From Planctomycetota bacterium (GTDB lineage: Bacteria; Planctomycetota; B15-G4): a stretch of 64,000 bases of DNA. Numbering within the stretch: position 1 is the first letter of the stretch; every line of letters starts with the position of its first letter. The notes beneath the pieces are model-generated. The model saw only the letters and a program-made list of their open reading frames with translations, made no database searches and was not told where the DNA came from. Location: the NCBI GenBank assembly GCA_965248575.1, contig CBDFJQ010000002.1, forward strand, positions 3,552,001-3,616,000, written 5' to 3'. Shown here one piece after another: positions 47,892-56,697 of the stretch. The translations under genes and the position numbers were made by a program.

Positions 47892-48773
47892 TTGGCGTTG
47901 CGCAGCATGACGGGTTACGGGCGGTCTGAGCACGAGGCGGGAGGTCTCGGTGTCGAGGCTGAGATCCGCTCCGTGAATGGTCGCCACCTGTCTGTGCGCA
48001 ACCGCTTGCCGGCCGAATGGATCCGCCTCGAACCGCGGGTCGAGAAGCTGGTCAGGGCTGCGGTGAGCCGTGGTGCTGTGGAGGCGGTGGTACGCATCCG
48101 CTTTGCATCCCAGGCGCGCAAGCCCCAGATCGACGAGACGGTGCTCGCTGTCTATCAAAAGGCCCTGGACCGTATGGGCGGCGGAGACGCCTCGAACCTG
48201 TTGCGGCTCCCGGGTGTGATCACCTTGGGTGAGCCCAGCGTGTCGGTGCGGGCACTCGAACGGGCGGTGACGGCAGCCATGAAGGAAGCCTTGGCCGCCC
48301 TGGTCGCCAGCCGAGAGGGTGAGGGGCAACGCCTGACCAAGGTGCTCGAACGGGAAATGCAGGCGCTGCGTCGGCACCTGGCGGTGGTGAAGCGCCGGAT
48401 CCCTGCAGCCCGCACCCGGCAGCACGAGGCCCTGCGTCGTCGGCTTGAGGCACTCCTGGGAACGACCCCTGCCGGGCGAGCTGTGGAGCTGGATCGCAAG
48501 GATCCGACCCTGATGCGGGAGCTGGCAGCCTTGGCCGACCGCAGCGATGTCACCGAAGAGGTGGATCGCCTGGAGAGCCACATCGAGGCCTTCGATTCGT
48601 CCATCGCTCGCGGTGGAGCCGTCGGGCGGGAGCTGGACTTCCAGCTGCAAGAGATGGGGCGCGAGGTGAACACCCTCGGTTCCAAGTCCGCGGACACCGC
48701 CCTCAGTGAACGCGTCGTGCGCCTCAAGGGCTGTATCGAGCGCTTGCGTGAACAGGCGGCGAACATCGAATGA
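47892..48773 (+). CDS. yicC: YicC family endoribonuclease
   Basis: RSMTGYG, RSVNGR, DVTEEVDRL, GRELDFQLQEMGREVNTLGSK, REQAANIE. Confidence 0.93.
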   Translation: MALRSMTGYGRSEHEAGGLGVEAEIRSVNGRHLSVRNRLPAEWIRLEPRVEKLVRAAVSRGAVEAVVRIRFASQARKPQIDETVLAVYQKALDRMGGGDASNLLRLPGVITLGEPSVSVRALERAVTAAMKEALAALVASREGEGQRLTKVLEREMQALRRHLAVVKRRIPAARTRQHEALRRRLEALLGTTPAGRAVELDRKDPTLMRELAALADRSDVTEEVDRLESHIEAFDSSIARGGAVGRELDFQLQEMGREVNTLGSKSADTALSERVVRLKGCIERLREQAANIE

Positions 48774-49393
48774 CGAGCCGCGGCGGACAACTGCTCATCA
48801 TTTCGGGGCCGAGCGGCTCCGGAAAGACCAGCATCATCGAGCGGCTGCGCAAGCACCCGCTGGTGAAGGTGTCCGTCAGCGTCGCGACCCGTGTCCCGCG
48901 CGAGAACGAACAGAACGGCCGGGACTACACCTTTGTCAGCCGCGACGAGTTCGTCGAGATGAAAGAGCAGGGGCTCTTCGTGGAGACGAATGACGTCTTC
49001 ACCAACGGCAATCTCTATGGCTCGCTGCGCAGCGAGTTGGATGCCGCCCTGGCTGAAGATCACGTCTGCTACATCATGGAAGTGGACGTGGTCGGCGCGC
49101 GCAACATTCGCACCAGCGGCTACACCGGCACGCACCTGTTCATCGCACCGCCTTCGGGCGAGGTGCTGGAGACGCGCTTGCGTCGCCGCGGCACGGACGA
49201 TGAGACGGCGATCGCCGCGCGCCTCGGCCGCGCGGCTGAAGAGCGGCGTCTGGCAGAAGAGGATGGGGCCACCATCGTGATCAACGATGAGTTGGATGCC
49301 GCCGTCACGCACATCTTGAATCTGGTTGGGCTCTCAGGCCCCACGAAACAACGGGCCAACGCGGCCCCAAACGACACTCCCAGCACTCATTAG
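48770..49393 (+). CDS. gmk: Guanylate kinase
   Basis: ISGPSGSGKT, TRVPRENEQNGRDY, FIAPPS, RGTD. Confidence 0.93.
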   Translation: MTSRGGQLLIISGPSGSGKTSIIERLRKHPLVKVSVSVATRVPRENEQNGRDYTFVSRDEFVEMKEQGLFVETNDVFTNGNLYGSLRSELDAALAEDHVCYIMEVDVVGARNIRTSGYTGTHLFIAPPSGEVLETRLRRRGTDDETAIAARLGRAAEERRLAEEDGATIVINDELDAAVTHILNLVGLSGPTKQRANAAPNDTPSTH

Positions 49394-49405
49394 AGGACGC
49401 CCATC

Positions 49406-49774
49406 ATGGACCGCACCAAGGTCATGCATTTGGCAGACCAGGCCGGTGGCCTGTTTCGTCTCACGGTTCTGTTGCAGAAGCGTGTTCGCGAGCTCGTCGG
49501 CGGAGCGCCCAAGCTCGTCGAGATCAACGACACGAACCCGATCAACATCGCCATGGCCGAGGTCGAGGCCGGCGCCATCGAGTTGGTGGACCTCTCCGAT
49601 CAGGAGCTGAAGGCCCTGGAAGCCCAGAGCCAGATCGCCACCGAGGAGGCGGAGATCCTGGAGGCACTGCGCACGCGCGTGAACACAGGTGCGTCGGAAG
49701 CGAGCGAGGCTGCAGCAGCCGCTGCTCCGGCGGCTGCCAAGCCCGCCAAGAGCAAGGACGAAGAGAAGGCCTGA
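49406..49774 (+). CDS. rpoZ: RNA polymerase omega subunit
   Basis: GGLFRLTVLLQKRVREL..GA..LV; yicC-gmk-rpoZ synteny. Confidence 0.85.
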   Translation: MDRTKVMHLADQAGGLFRLTVLLQKRVRELVGGAPKLVEINDTNPINIAMAEVEAGAIELVDLSDQELKALEAQSQIATEEAEILEALRTRVNTGASEASEAAAAAAPAAAKPAKSKDEEKA

Positions 49775-49779
49775 GTCGC

Positions 49780-50841
49780 TCAGTCCGTCCCGGCAGTCGT
49801 GACAGCCTGTTGGGCGTAGTCCGCGAGGACGTTCCGCTCCTTGAGGCGCACCGCGCAGAAGCGGGTGCCCAGGAGCGAGCGTCCTTCGTCACCTGAACGG
49901 GCGCTGACCACCTCCACCAGAGGCAGTGCGGCCAGGCATCCGTTGGGGTCCGTGAGCACGAGATAGAAATGGTCGCCCTTGCGGCCGTCGTGCTCCACGA
50001 GCAGGCGGGCTCCGTCGCACGAAAAGTCCTCGATCACGACGGGCTGTCGGCGGGGCCAGGCTTCCAGCTTCTCAAGCGCTGAGCAGTCCAGGGGTTCGCC
50101 GTCCTGGAGTCGACCGCGCAGCGTGTAGGCCCCGGCCGTGGTGGGCAGGGTCCAGGCTTCGATCCGGCATTCCTTGCGCGTAGCTCTCCGACGGTCAAGG
50201 CCGTTGATCTGGAAGTCGAGGCTGACGACCCATTCACGGTTGCCGGGCATGGGGCGCAGCTTGAGGGTGGCGACGAGCGGTTCGGAGCGCTTCTCCGTGC
50301 GTTCGAGGTTCATCTCATTGCGGACCGCCCACGGGCACTCCGAGCTGCTGATCAGATGCAGGTTCGCGTCGTCTATCTGCACGACGTAGGCCTCGAGCGG
50401 GCTGCCGCCCTCCGAGACGCTGCTCAGCAGCACCTTCTCGAACAAGAGGGGTGCATCCTCGAAAGCCGGGTCCCGGACCCGAAGTTCGTCCATGAACTTC
50501 GCGGCCTTCTCGGCGAACTCCGCGGCAGCCTCGGCGTGCCGGAAGGAGGCGAGCTCACGGGTGAGGCGGGCACGAACGGAGTCCGTCGAGCGCAGCATGT
50601 CGCGGGCGGCATCGGGGCCCTCCCGCCACAAGACATTGGCCAGGAAGTCCGCAGATCCTTCGGACAGACCTCGACCACGCGCCTCAAGGGCGACTGCTTG
50701 CCTCAGCTGAAGGCGCTTCAGCCAGGCAAGACCGATCCCCGTGAGGGCCACTGCTCCGCCGAGGACCGCGAGGTCCTTCACGAACTGGAGACTGGCTACC
50801 GCACCGGGAAAGAGATTGATGAGCGTATCGAGGACCGCCAC
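49780..50841 (-). CDS. Membrane-anchored PilZ-domain protein
   Basis: AAAGGA RBS 5 nt before GTG; TM helix; RxxxR (RRATR) and DxSxxG (DFSCDG). Confidence 0.6.
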   Translation of the reverse strand: MAVLDTLINLFPGAVASLQFVKDLAVLGGAVALTGIGLAWLKRLQLRQAVALEARGRGLSEGSADFLANVLWREGPDAARDMLRSTDSVRARLTRELASFRHAEAAAEFAEKAAKFMDELRVRDPAFEDAPLLFEKVLLSSVSEGGSPLEAYVVQIDDANLHLISSSECPWAVRNEMNLERTEKRSEPLVATLKLRPMPGNREWVVSLDFQINGLDRRRATRKECRIEAWTLPTTAGAYTLRGRLQDGEPLDCSALEKLEAWPRRQPVVIEDFSCDGARLLVEHDGRKGDHFYLVLTDPNGCLAALPLVEVVSARSGDEGRSLLGTRFCAVRLKERNVLADYAQQAVTTAGTD

Positions 50842-50913
50842 GATGTCCTTTCTCGACTCGTGCGGCTCGGTCCTTGAGCCAGCTCGGGGCGATCGGTTGG
50901 GAGCCATGGCGGT

Positions 50914-53529
50914 ATGGCCAGTACACGCAACACCAAGTCGGCCCAGAAAGGCCGTTCCGGCGGCAAGTCCGCAGGGCGGTCGAAGGCGGGCCGAAACACC
51001 AAGAACGCAGGCAGTGGCCGATATTCGCGAGGCCTAGGGAGCAGCGACGAGTCCGACGGACTTTCGCCCCGATGGCGGGAGATCCTGTCCCTGCTTTTGC
51101 TGGGTGCGACGACTTTTCTGACCCTCTCCTGCCTCAGCTCCGGCCACGGCGACAATCTTTGTGGTCCCGCTGGGGAGGCCCTGGCGGGTTTCCTGCTGGG
51201 CTCTTTCGGCTACGCCTCCTGGTTGGTGGTGGCCTGCTTCGCGGTCTGGGGCTGCGTACTCTTCACCGCCAGCGAGGTCCCGCCCTTCAGCATCCGCGGG
51301 GCGGGCCTGATCCTCTGCATGGTGAGCCTGGCGGCGCTGCTGTCCCACCTCTTCGGCGACAGCAGTGGGCGCTATCCCGCGGGCGGGATCATCGGCGAGT
51401 ACATCAACGGCCAGCTCATTGAGGCCGGGGGCCTGGGGGTGGTGGGCACCCGCATCGTGCTGGTGGTGCTGACGCTGATCACCTTCGTGCTGGCGACGGA
51501 CATCGCCTACTACGCGGCCCTGGTGACCGGCGCCCAGTGGATGCGTGAGAAGGGTGCCGTCATGCAGGCGGCAGCCTCCGAGGCAGCCACGGCTCGCCGC
51601 AAAGCCAAGGAGCAGGCGGACGCGGAGAAGGAGAAGGCCGCCAGGTCCAAGCCCTCTGCACGCCCCGCTGTCGTTGAGCCCGACGGTGCTGACGACGAAG
51701 ACTGGGCCGACATCGAACACCTCGTGGTGCCTGAAGAAGAAGACGAGGAAGAGTACGAGGACGAAGAGGAGGACGAAGAGGAGGAGGCCCTCGAGTACGA
51801 AGACGAGGGTGAAGACGAGGAAGAGGAGTACGAGGACGAAGAGCCCGAAGAGGGCGAGGAATTGGAGTACGAGGAGGAAGAAGAGGAGGAAGAAGAGGAA
51901 GAGTCCACCGACGACGACATCGCTTCAGACGAATCCCTCGCCTCCGTCGCCGGCCCGCCCAAGGTGAAGGAGATGGGCGCAGGCAAGGCGGCCGCCGAGC
52001 TCAACCCCCAGGGCGACATCGTGGACGTGAAGGCAGCCAGCCCGGGCGCCTACGTCTTCCCGAAGCTGACCCTGCTGGACGAGGAGGAGGACGTCGATCA
52101 GAGCGCCTTGGACGCGCTGCTGGCCGAAAAGACCTCGGTGCTGGAAAGCACGCTGCTGTCCTTCAAGATCGAAGCGCGCGTGGTGGAGATCCAGAAGGGC
52201 CCCGTGATCTCCATGTTCGAGATGGAGTTGGCGCCGGGCATCAAGGTCGAGAAGGTGCGTTCGCTTGAGGACGATCTGGCCATTGCCCTGCGCGCCCGCT
52301 CGGTGCGCATCGTGGCGCCGATCCCCGGCAAGAACACCATTGGCATCGAGGTGCCGAACCCCATCCGTGCCACGGTGCGCCTGCGCCCCTTGCTCGAGTC
52401 CAAGGAGTACCTGGACAACAAGTTCGCCTTGCCCATCTTCTTGGGCCGGGATGCAGCGGGCAACGCCATGGTGGTGGACCTGGCCAAGATGCCGCACCTG
52501 CTCGTGGCCGGCGCCACGGGCTCCGGTAAGTCGGTCTGCCTCAACACCATCATCTCCTCCTTCCTGTTCACCCGCACGCCGGAGCAGGTGAAGCTGATCC
52601 TCATCGACCCCAAGATGGTGGAGATGAGCCAGTTCGCCAACGCCCCGCACCTCGCGTGCCCGGTGGTGAACGACATGAAGCGCGCGCCCGGCATCCTTGA
52701 GTGGGCTGTCACCAAGATGGAGGAGCGCTACCGCCTGCTGCACCGGGCGGGCGTGCGCAACATCTACGCCTACAACAAGCTGGGTGACGCGAAGCTGCGC
52801 AAGATCTTCGGCGAGGCCGTGGAGGAGCCGGACTTCCCGCGCTTCCTGCCCTTCATCGTGATCGTGGTGGACGAGCTGGCGGACCTGATGATGACGGCCG
52901 CCAAGGACGTCGAGACATCCATCACGCGCATCGCGGCCAAGAGTCGCGCCGTGGGTATCCATATCATCCTGGCGACCCAGCGGCCGTCGACCAATGTCAT
53001 CACCGGCTTGATCAAGGCCAACCTGCCCACGCGCATCGCCTTCATGGTGTCGAGCAAGATCGACTCGCGCGTGATCCTGGACGCCAACGGCGCCGAGCAG
53101 CTGCTGGGCCAGGGCGACATGCTCTTCATGCCGCCGCACACCAGCAACATCCTGCGCGGCCAATGCACCTTCATGAGCGATGAGGAAGTGGTCGCCATGA
53201 TGGACGAGGTGCGGGTGGAGTCGGGCCCGGCCTACGAGCGGGAGCTGGTGCAGTCCCGCAGCGACAGCGACCGCGACCCGACCGAGGTGGACGAGCTCTA
53301 CGACGCCGCCACGCGCTTCATGATCGAAACCAAGCGCGGCAGCGCCTCCTTGCTGCAGCGCAAGTTCGCCATCGGCTACACCCGCGCCAGCCGCCTCATC
53401 GACCTCATGGCCGAAGAGGGTGTGCTAGGCGAGTACAAGGGCAGCCAGGCCCGCGAGGTGCTCATGACGGTGGAGGACTGGATCGCCATGAACCCCGACG
53501 CACGCGGGGTGGAGGAGGAGCGGGTCTAG
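50914..53529 (+). CDS. ftsK: DNA translocase FtsK
   Basis: 4TM N-domain, PGKNTIGIEVPN, MPHLLVAGATGSGKS, DELADLM, ATQRPS, gamma domain IGYTRASRLID. Confidence 0.97.
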   Translation: MASTRNTKSAQKGRSGGKSAGRSKAGRNTKNAGSGRYSRGLGSSDESDGLSPRWREILSLLLLGATTFLTLSCLSSGHGDNLCGPAGEALAGFLLGSFGYASWLVVACFAVWGCVLFTASEVPPFSIRGAGLILCMVSLAALLSHLFGDSSGRYPAGGIIGEYINGQLIEAGGLGVVGTRIVLVVLTLITFVLATDIAYYAALVTGAQWMREKGAVMQAAASEAATARRKAKEQADAEKEKAARSKPSARPAVVEPDGADDEDWADIEHLVVPEEEDEEEYEDEEEDEEEEALEYEDEGEDEEEEYEDEEPEEGEELEYEEEEEEEEEEESTDDDIASDESLASVAGPPKVKEMGAGKAAAELNPQGDIVDVKAASPGAYVFPKLTLLDEEEDVDQSALDALLAEKTSVLESTLLSFKIEARVVEIQKGPVISMFEMELAPGIKVEKVRSLEDDLAIALRARSVRIVAPIPGKNTIGIEVPNPIRATVRLRPLLESKEYLDNKFALPIFLGRDAAGNAMVVDLAKMPHLLVAGATGSGKSVCLNTIISSFLFTRTPEQVKLILIDPKMVEMSQFANAPHLACPVVNDMKRAPGILEWAVTKMEERYRLLHRAGVRNIYAYNKLGDAKLRKIFGEAVEEPDFPRFLPFIVIVVDELADLMMTAAKDVETSITRIAAKSRAVGIHIILATQRPSTNVITGLIKANLPTRIAFMVSSKIDSRVILDANGAEQLLGQGDMLFMPPHTSNILRGQCTFMSDEEVVAMMDEVRVESGPAYERELVQSRSDSDRDPTEVDELYDAATRFMIETKRGSASLLQRKFAIGYTRASRLIDLMAEEGVLGEYKGSQAREVLMTVEDWIAMNPDARGVEEERV

Positions 53530-53542
53530 GAGGTCACTGCGG

Positions 53543-54025
53543 ATGAAGAGGATTGCCTACCTGGTCTTGTTGGCGAGCGTCTCGGGCTGTGCCGCGGTGC
53601 CCGTTGAAGGCAACGGCACTCGGGGCGCACTCGGTCCAGGGCGACAAGCCGGTGGTGCGTCTGATCGCGTAGAAGGAATCGCGCGCTGCGCCGATTCAGC
53701 TTGTGTTGAATCTCAAGCGCTCCAAGACACCCGCGAGGAGAAACTCGGGCAAGCCCGGCACGACGTTCCAGCCGGCGCGCACTCGTGTTCCCCGGATCAG
53801 GGCGAGCTTTCCAGGTCGCAAACCGAGCTGGCGGTAGATCCGCTCGGAATCCGGGTGGGAAAGAGGGACGCGGCGCACACAACCCAAGGTGATGCCAACG
53901 ATCAGGCCGGAGAGGACTCGGCACTTCCTGCATGTCGACCGGTAATGCAGCGTCGTGCGATCTCCCATCTCACGCTTCCCGTATGGCCGCAGCTTCGGGG
54001 ACACGCAGTTCGGTGCCTGGAGTGA
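53543..54025 (+). CDS. Possible lipoprotein or remnant
   Basis: AGGAGG RBS, MKRIAYLVLLASVSG|C lipobox; the remainder looks non-coding and overlaps the convergent gene end. Confidence 0.3.
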   Translation: MKRIAYLVLLASVSGCAAVPVEGNGTRGALGPGRQAGGASDRVEGIARCADSACVESQALQDTREEKLGQARHDVPAGAHSCSPDQGELSRSQTELAVDPLGIRVGKRDAAHTTQGDANDQAGEDSALPACRPVMQRRAISHLTLPVWPQLRGHAVRCLE

Positions 54026-55055
54026 GGTAGACATTCACGCGGTTTTCCCCCTGTGCGTCACAGCCGATGCCCAGGAAGGCCACTCGCTTGTCCTCAAGCC
54101 GCAAGCCAGAACCCCCCAGGTCCGCAAACATGCTTTCGACGGGGGTTGTGTCGAGATCAAATGCGGCCCCCAGGCGTTCCATGACGCGCGCAACGCCGAC
54201 CGAGTCTTCAAAGAGGCAATGCCCGCACAAGTCGAGCTTCAGGTCTAGGGGCTCGCCCGTTGCGGCGCCAGCCAAGGAAATCACCAAGGCATGCTGTGGC
54301 AGCTCCTCGAGACCACACTCCAGGGCATCCTCGATTCCCTGCAGGAGGCGCTCGCCGTGCGTGCCGAGGAGAGTTGGCGCCAGTGATCGCAGGGTGCTCC
54401 ATGGCTTTGTCGACGGTCGGAGATAGAGCTTGCACAGGCGAGGTTCGCTCGGAAGCGTGACGGCCAGGCCGGCCGGCTCGAAACTTGCTCCGAGTTCGCC
54501 CAGGATCGGTTGGATGTTGGCAGCAAAGCCGCCGGCCTCGAGGCCCCGGAGCGCCGCGATCAAGCGCAGCCAGCGTTCGGTGCCATTGCCCCAGCCGATG
54601 TTCGCGTAGAGGCGCAGTCGTGGTGGGCCGCCTGAGGCCGCCGCCAAGCCGATCCAGAGCCCCGTGTGGGACTCATCACCTGGCGTCAGGTCGGCCATCA
54701 GCTCGGCAAGGCCGCTGGAATCTTCCGCTCCAATCAGCGGGAGCACCTGTGCCAGACGCTGGGTTGTGAGCGCCGTCCGCACACTCAGAGGGCTTCCAGG
54801 TACTCCCACTTCGGTCAGGAAGCGCACCGGTGTCGTGCCAGAGCCCATCACAGCGCAGTATTGCCACGGGCTACCGTCCCGGCAGATGCCAGAGAAGGCT
54901 GGCTGGCCAGCTTGCGGAACGAAGCTCAGCGATTCCCGTGTGAGCAGGTGAAAGATGCGCCAGAACCGTTCGGCTTCGGACGACGTGATTCCCGCCCTGG
55001 CAGCCATACGCTCCAGGGCGGGAAGCACGTCCCTTCGAACGGACCGGTCGATCAT
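53970..55055 (-). CDS. ABBA/DMATS-type aromatic prenyltransferase-like protein
   Basis: SGICRDGSPWQY...VRFLTE resembles the DMATS SxxxxDGxPxExS...VRxxxE motif; RLY, KLY, NVY strand motifs. Confidence 0.6.
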   Translation of the reverse strand: MIDRSVRRDVLPALERMAARAGITSSEAERFWRIFHLLTRESLSFVPQAGQPAFSGICRDGSPWQYCAVMGSGTTPVRFLTEVGVPGSPLSVRTALTTQRLAQVLPLIGAEDSSGLAELMADLTPGDESHTGLWIGLAAASGGPPRLRLYANIGWGNGTERWLRLIAALRGLEAGGFAANIQPILGELGASFEPAGLAVTLPSEPRLCKLYLRPSTKPWSTLRSLAPTLLGTHGERLLQGIEDALECGLEELPQHALVISLAGAATGEPLDLKLDLCGHCLFEDSVGVARVMERLGAAFDLDTTPVESMFADLGGSGLRLEDKRVAFLGIGCDAQGENRVNVYLTPGTELRVPEAAAIREA

Positions 55056-55086
55056 GTCCGACGAATCGATTTGAAAGCGGGTGCCA

Positions 55087-55737
55087 TCAGATCACGACGG
55101 AGCCGTCCGTGCCGCGTTGACCACCCGCACCGCTCGTGCCGTTCGCTCCGGCTGAGCCGGACGTCGCGCGCAGGCTGCTGTCACCGTGCTCGCCACCCTG
55201 ACCTCCCGAGCCGCCCGAGCCAGAGCTTCCCCCGAGGCCTCCGTCGCCTCCGAAGGCTCGAATCACAACGGAGGATGGCAGGTTGAAACCCGTCGCCGCC
55301 GAGACGGTGACATTGCCACCGTTCCCGCCATTGCCCGCGTTGCCGCCATTTCCTCCTGAGCCACCGGCTCCTCCTGCACCGCCGCTGGCTGCGGGTTCGC
55401 AGCCGCTGCCGCCTCCGCCTTCGCCTCCTTCACCACCCCCGCCACCGGTTCCGCCGTCACCGCCGTGTCCGCCGGCGCCGCCCGACGTGTCGATGACGAG
55501 CTGGTCCATGGTTTCTTCGACTACGAACGTGACAGCCGAGCCCGCGGAACCGGGGTTGCCGGACTGTCCATCGCTTCCATTACCGCCACCCAGTCCTGTG
55601 CCGCCATTGCCCGGGTCATCATCGCCGTCCCAATGACACACCGCGTGGGGCCCCTGATTGCCTTGGCCGCCCGCCGTTCCGTCCGTTCCACGTGTTCCGC
55701 TTGTGCCCGGGTCACCGAGCGCGCTGAAGTTCGTCAT
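55087..55737 (-). CDS. Glycine-rich (G-x-x)n protein, polyglycine-II-bundle-like
   Basis: Six GxxGxx/GGx segments separated by beta-like linkers; ATGA-coupled to the upstream gene. Confidence 0.8.
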   Translation of the reverse strand: MTNFSALGDPGTSGTRGTDGTAGGQGNQGPHAVCHWDGDDDPGNGGTGLGGGNGSDGQSGNPGSAGSAVTFVVEETMDQLVIDTSGGAGGHGGDGGTGGGGGEGGEGGGGSGCEPAASGGAGGAGGSGGNGGNAGNGGNGGNVTVSAATGFNLPSSVVIRAFGGDGGLGGSSGSGGSGGQGGEHGDSSLRATSGSAGANGTSGAGGQRGTDGSVVI

Positions 55738-56405
55738 TTGTTATCTCCGCGCAACCGTCGCGCCTCAATTTTGGCCGTGATGTCGAGAGCGTCGAGGGGC
55801 TGCGCAACGACCTCCATGTAATTGCCCCTGATGGACACGCAGTCAATCGTTGCGTCGCCTGTGACCTTCAGAGTGCCGCCGGTCCATATTCGGATGTGCC
55901 GAGCGAAGAGGACCTTGGTGCCCCCTCCGACTTCAAGGACGGCGCCGGGATAGATGTCGATGTCCTTCCTGAAGTACCAGCCGACGATCCACGAGCGATC
56001 CAGCAGCTTCATAAGGAGCGGCTCATAGGACTTCAGGGGGCGAGAGTCTCCGTGCACGAACTCGTGTGCGAGATCCTGCAAGTTCAGACGACTGCTCGGG
56101 TCCAGCTTTCGAAGGTCGGAGGATGACTCCAGACCCGGGATTTCCGCAGGAAGGCGGCACTTCCCGGAGCGGCGCGCGCCCAATTCATCTGGAACACCGA
56201 TCCAGCGTTTCACATCGTCCATCGACTTCGGCTCAAGACGAATCCGGCCTGGTCCCGGATCATCTCTTCCATCGGCGAAGAGGCGAATATGTTCCCCCTC
56301 CTCGACGACGAGTGCATCTCCCACGTCTTCGGATGCTTCCAAACCGTATCTCTTGAGACGGTCGGGAGCCTCCGGCTCGGAATCCGAGCAGTCTTTCTTC
56401 TTCAT
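55734..56405 (-). CDS. Hypothetical protein with C-terminal beta-helix-like strands
   Basis: GGGAGAAGG RBS; DIDIYPGAVLEV..VLFARHIRIWTGGTLKV; coupled to the Gly-rich gene. Confidence 0.7.
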   Translation of the reverse strand: MKKKDCSDSEPEAPDRLKRYGLEASEDVGDALVVEEGEHIRLFADGRDDPGPGRIRLEPKSMDDVKRWIGVPDELGARRSGKCRLPAEIPGLESSSDLRKLDPSSRLNLQDLAHEFVHGDSRPLKSYEPLLMKLLDRSWIVGWYFRKDIDIYPGAVLEVGGGTKVLFARHIRIWTGGTLKVTGDATIDCVSIRGNYMEVVAQPLDALDITAKIEARRLRGDNK

Positions 56406-56595
56406 GGCCTTCTCCCAATTGTGAAATCGCACACCTGATGCGGAAATGACCTCATGGCGTTCGCCATGCTCCACACCTATGCGTGAACTCCTCCCCAGGA
56501 GCTCACGACTCAAACCATCACGATTCTTCTTCCACCTCCCACGCCTCGCCGCGAACAGACAACGGACAGTGAGCGGGTTTCCTCTTGCGCGATTC

Positions 56596-56624
56596 ATTAG
56601 AGGAGCCGACGGTGAGTGTGTCAA
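56596..56624 (-). promoter_or_regulatory. Sigma70-like promoter TTGACA-17-TCTAAT for the minus-strand island operon
   Basis: Perfect -35 and 5/6 -10 with 17-bp spacer. Confidence 0.65.
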
Positions 56625-56697
56625 GGGGGCCTGGATTCCGACGCTGGGGACCATGTGCGGCGGAACGACTGTTCCTCAACAACGCCATGGACGCTGC

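Noticed and set aside
50842..50913. Divergent ATGs only 6 bp apart (50907 and 50914)
   Set aside because: A better start with RBS exists at 50841 for the minus-strand gene
55283..55636. Pro-rich plus-strand ORF
   Set aside because: Antisense mirror of the Gly-rich gene (GGN read as NCC/CCN)
56052..56068. HEFVH (HExxH) in the 55734-56405 protein
   Set aside because: No supporting zincin context; probably coincidental without alignment evidence
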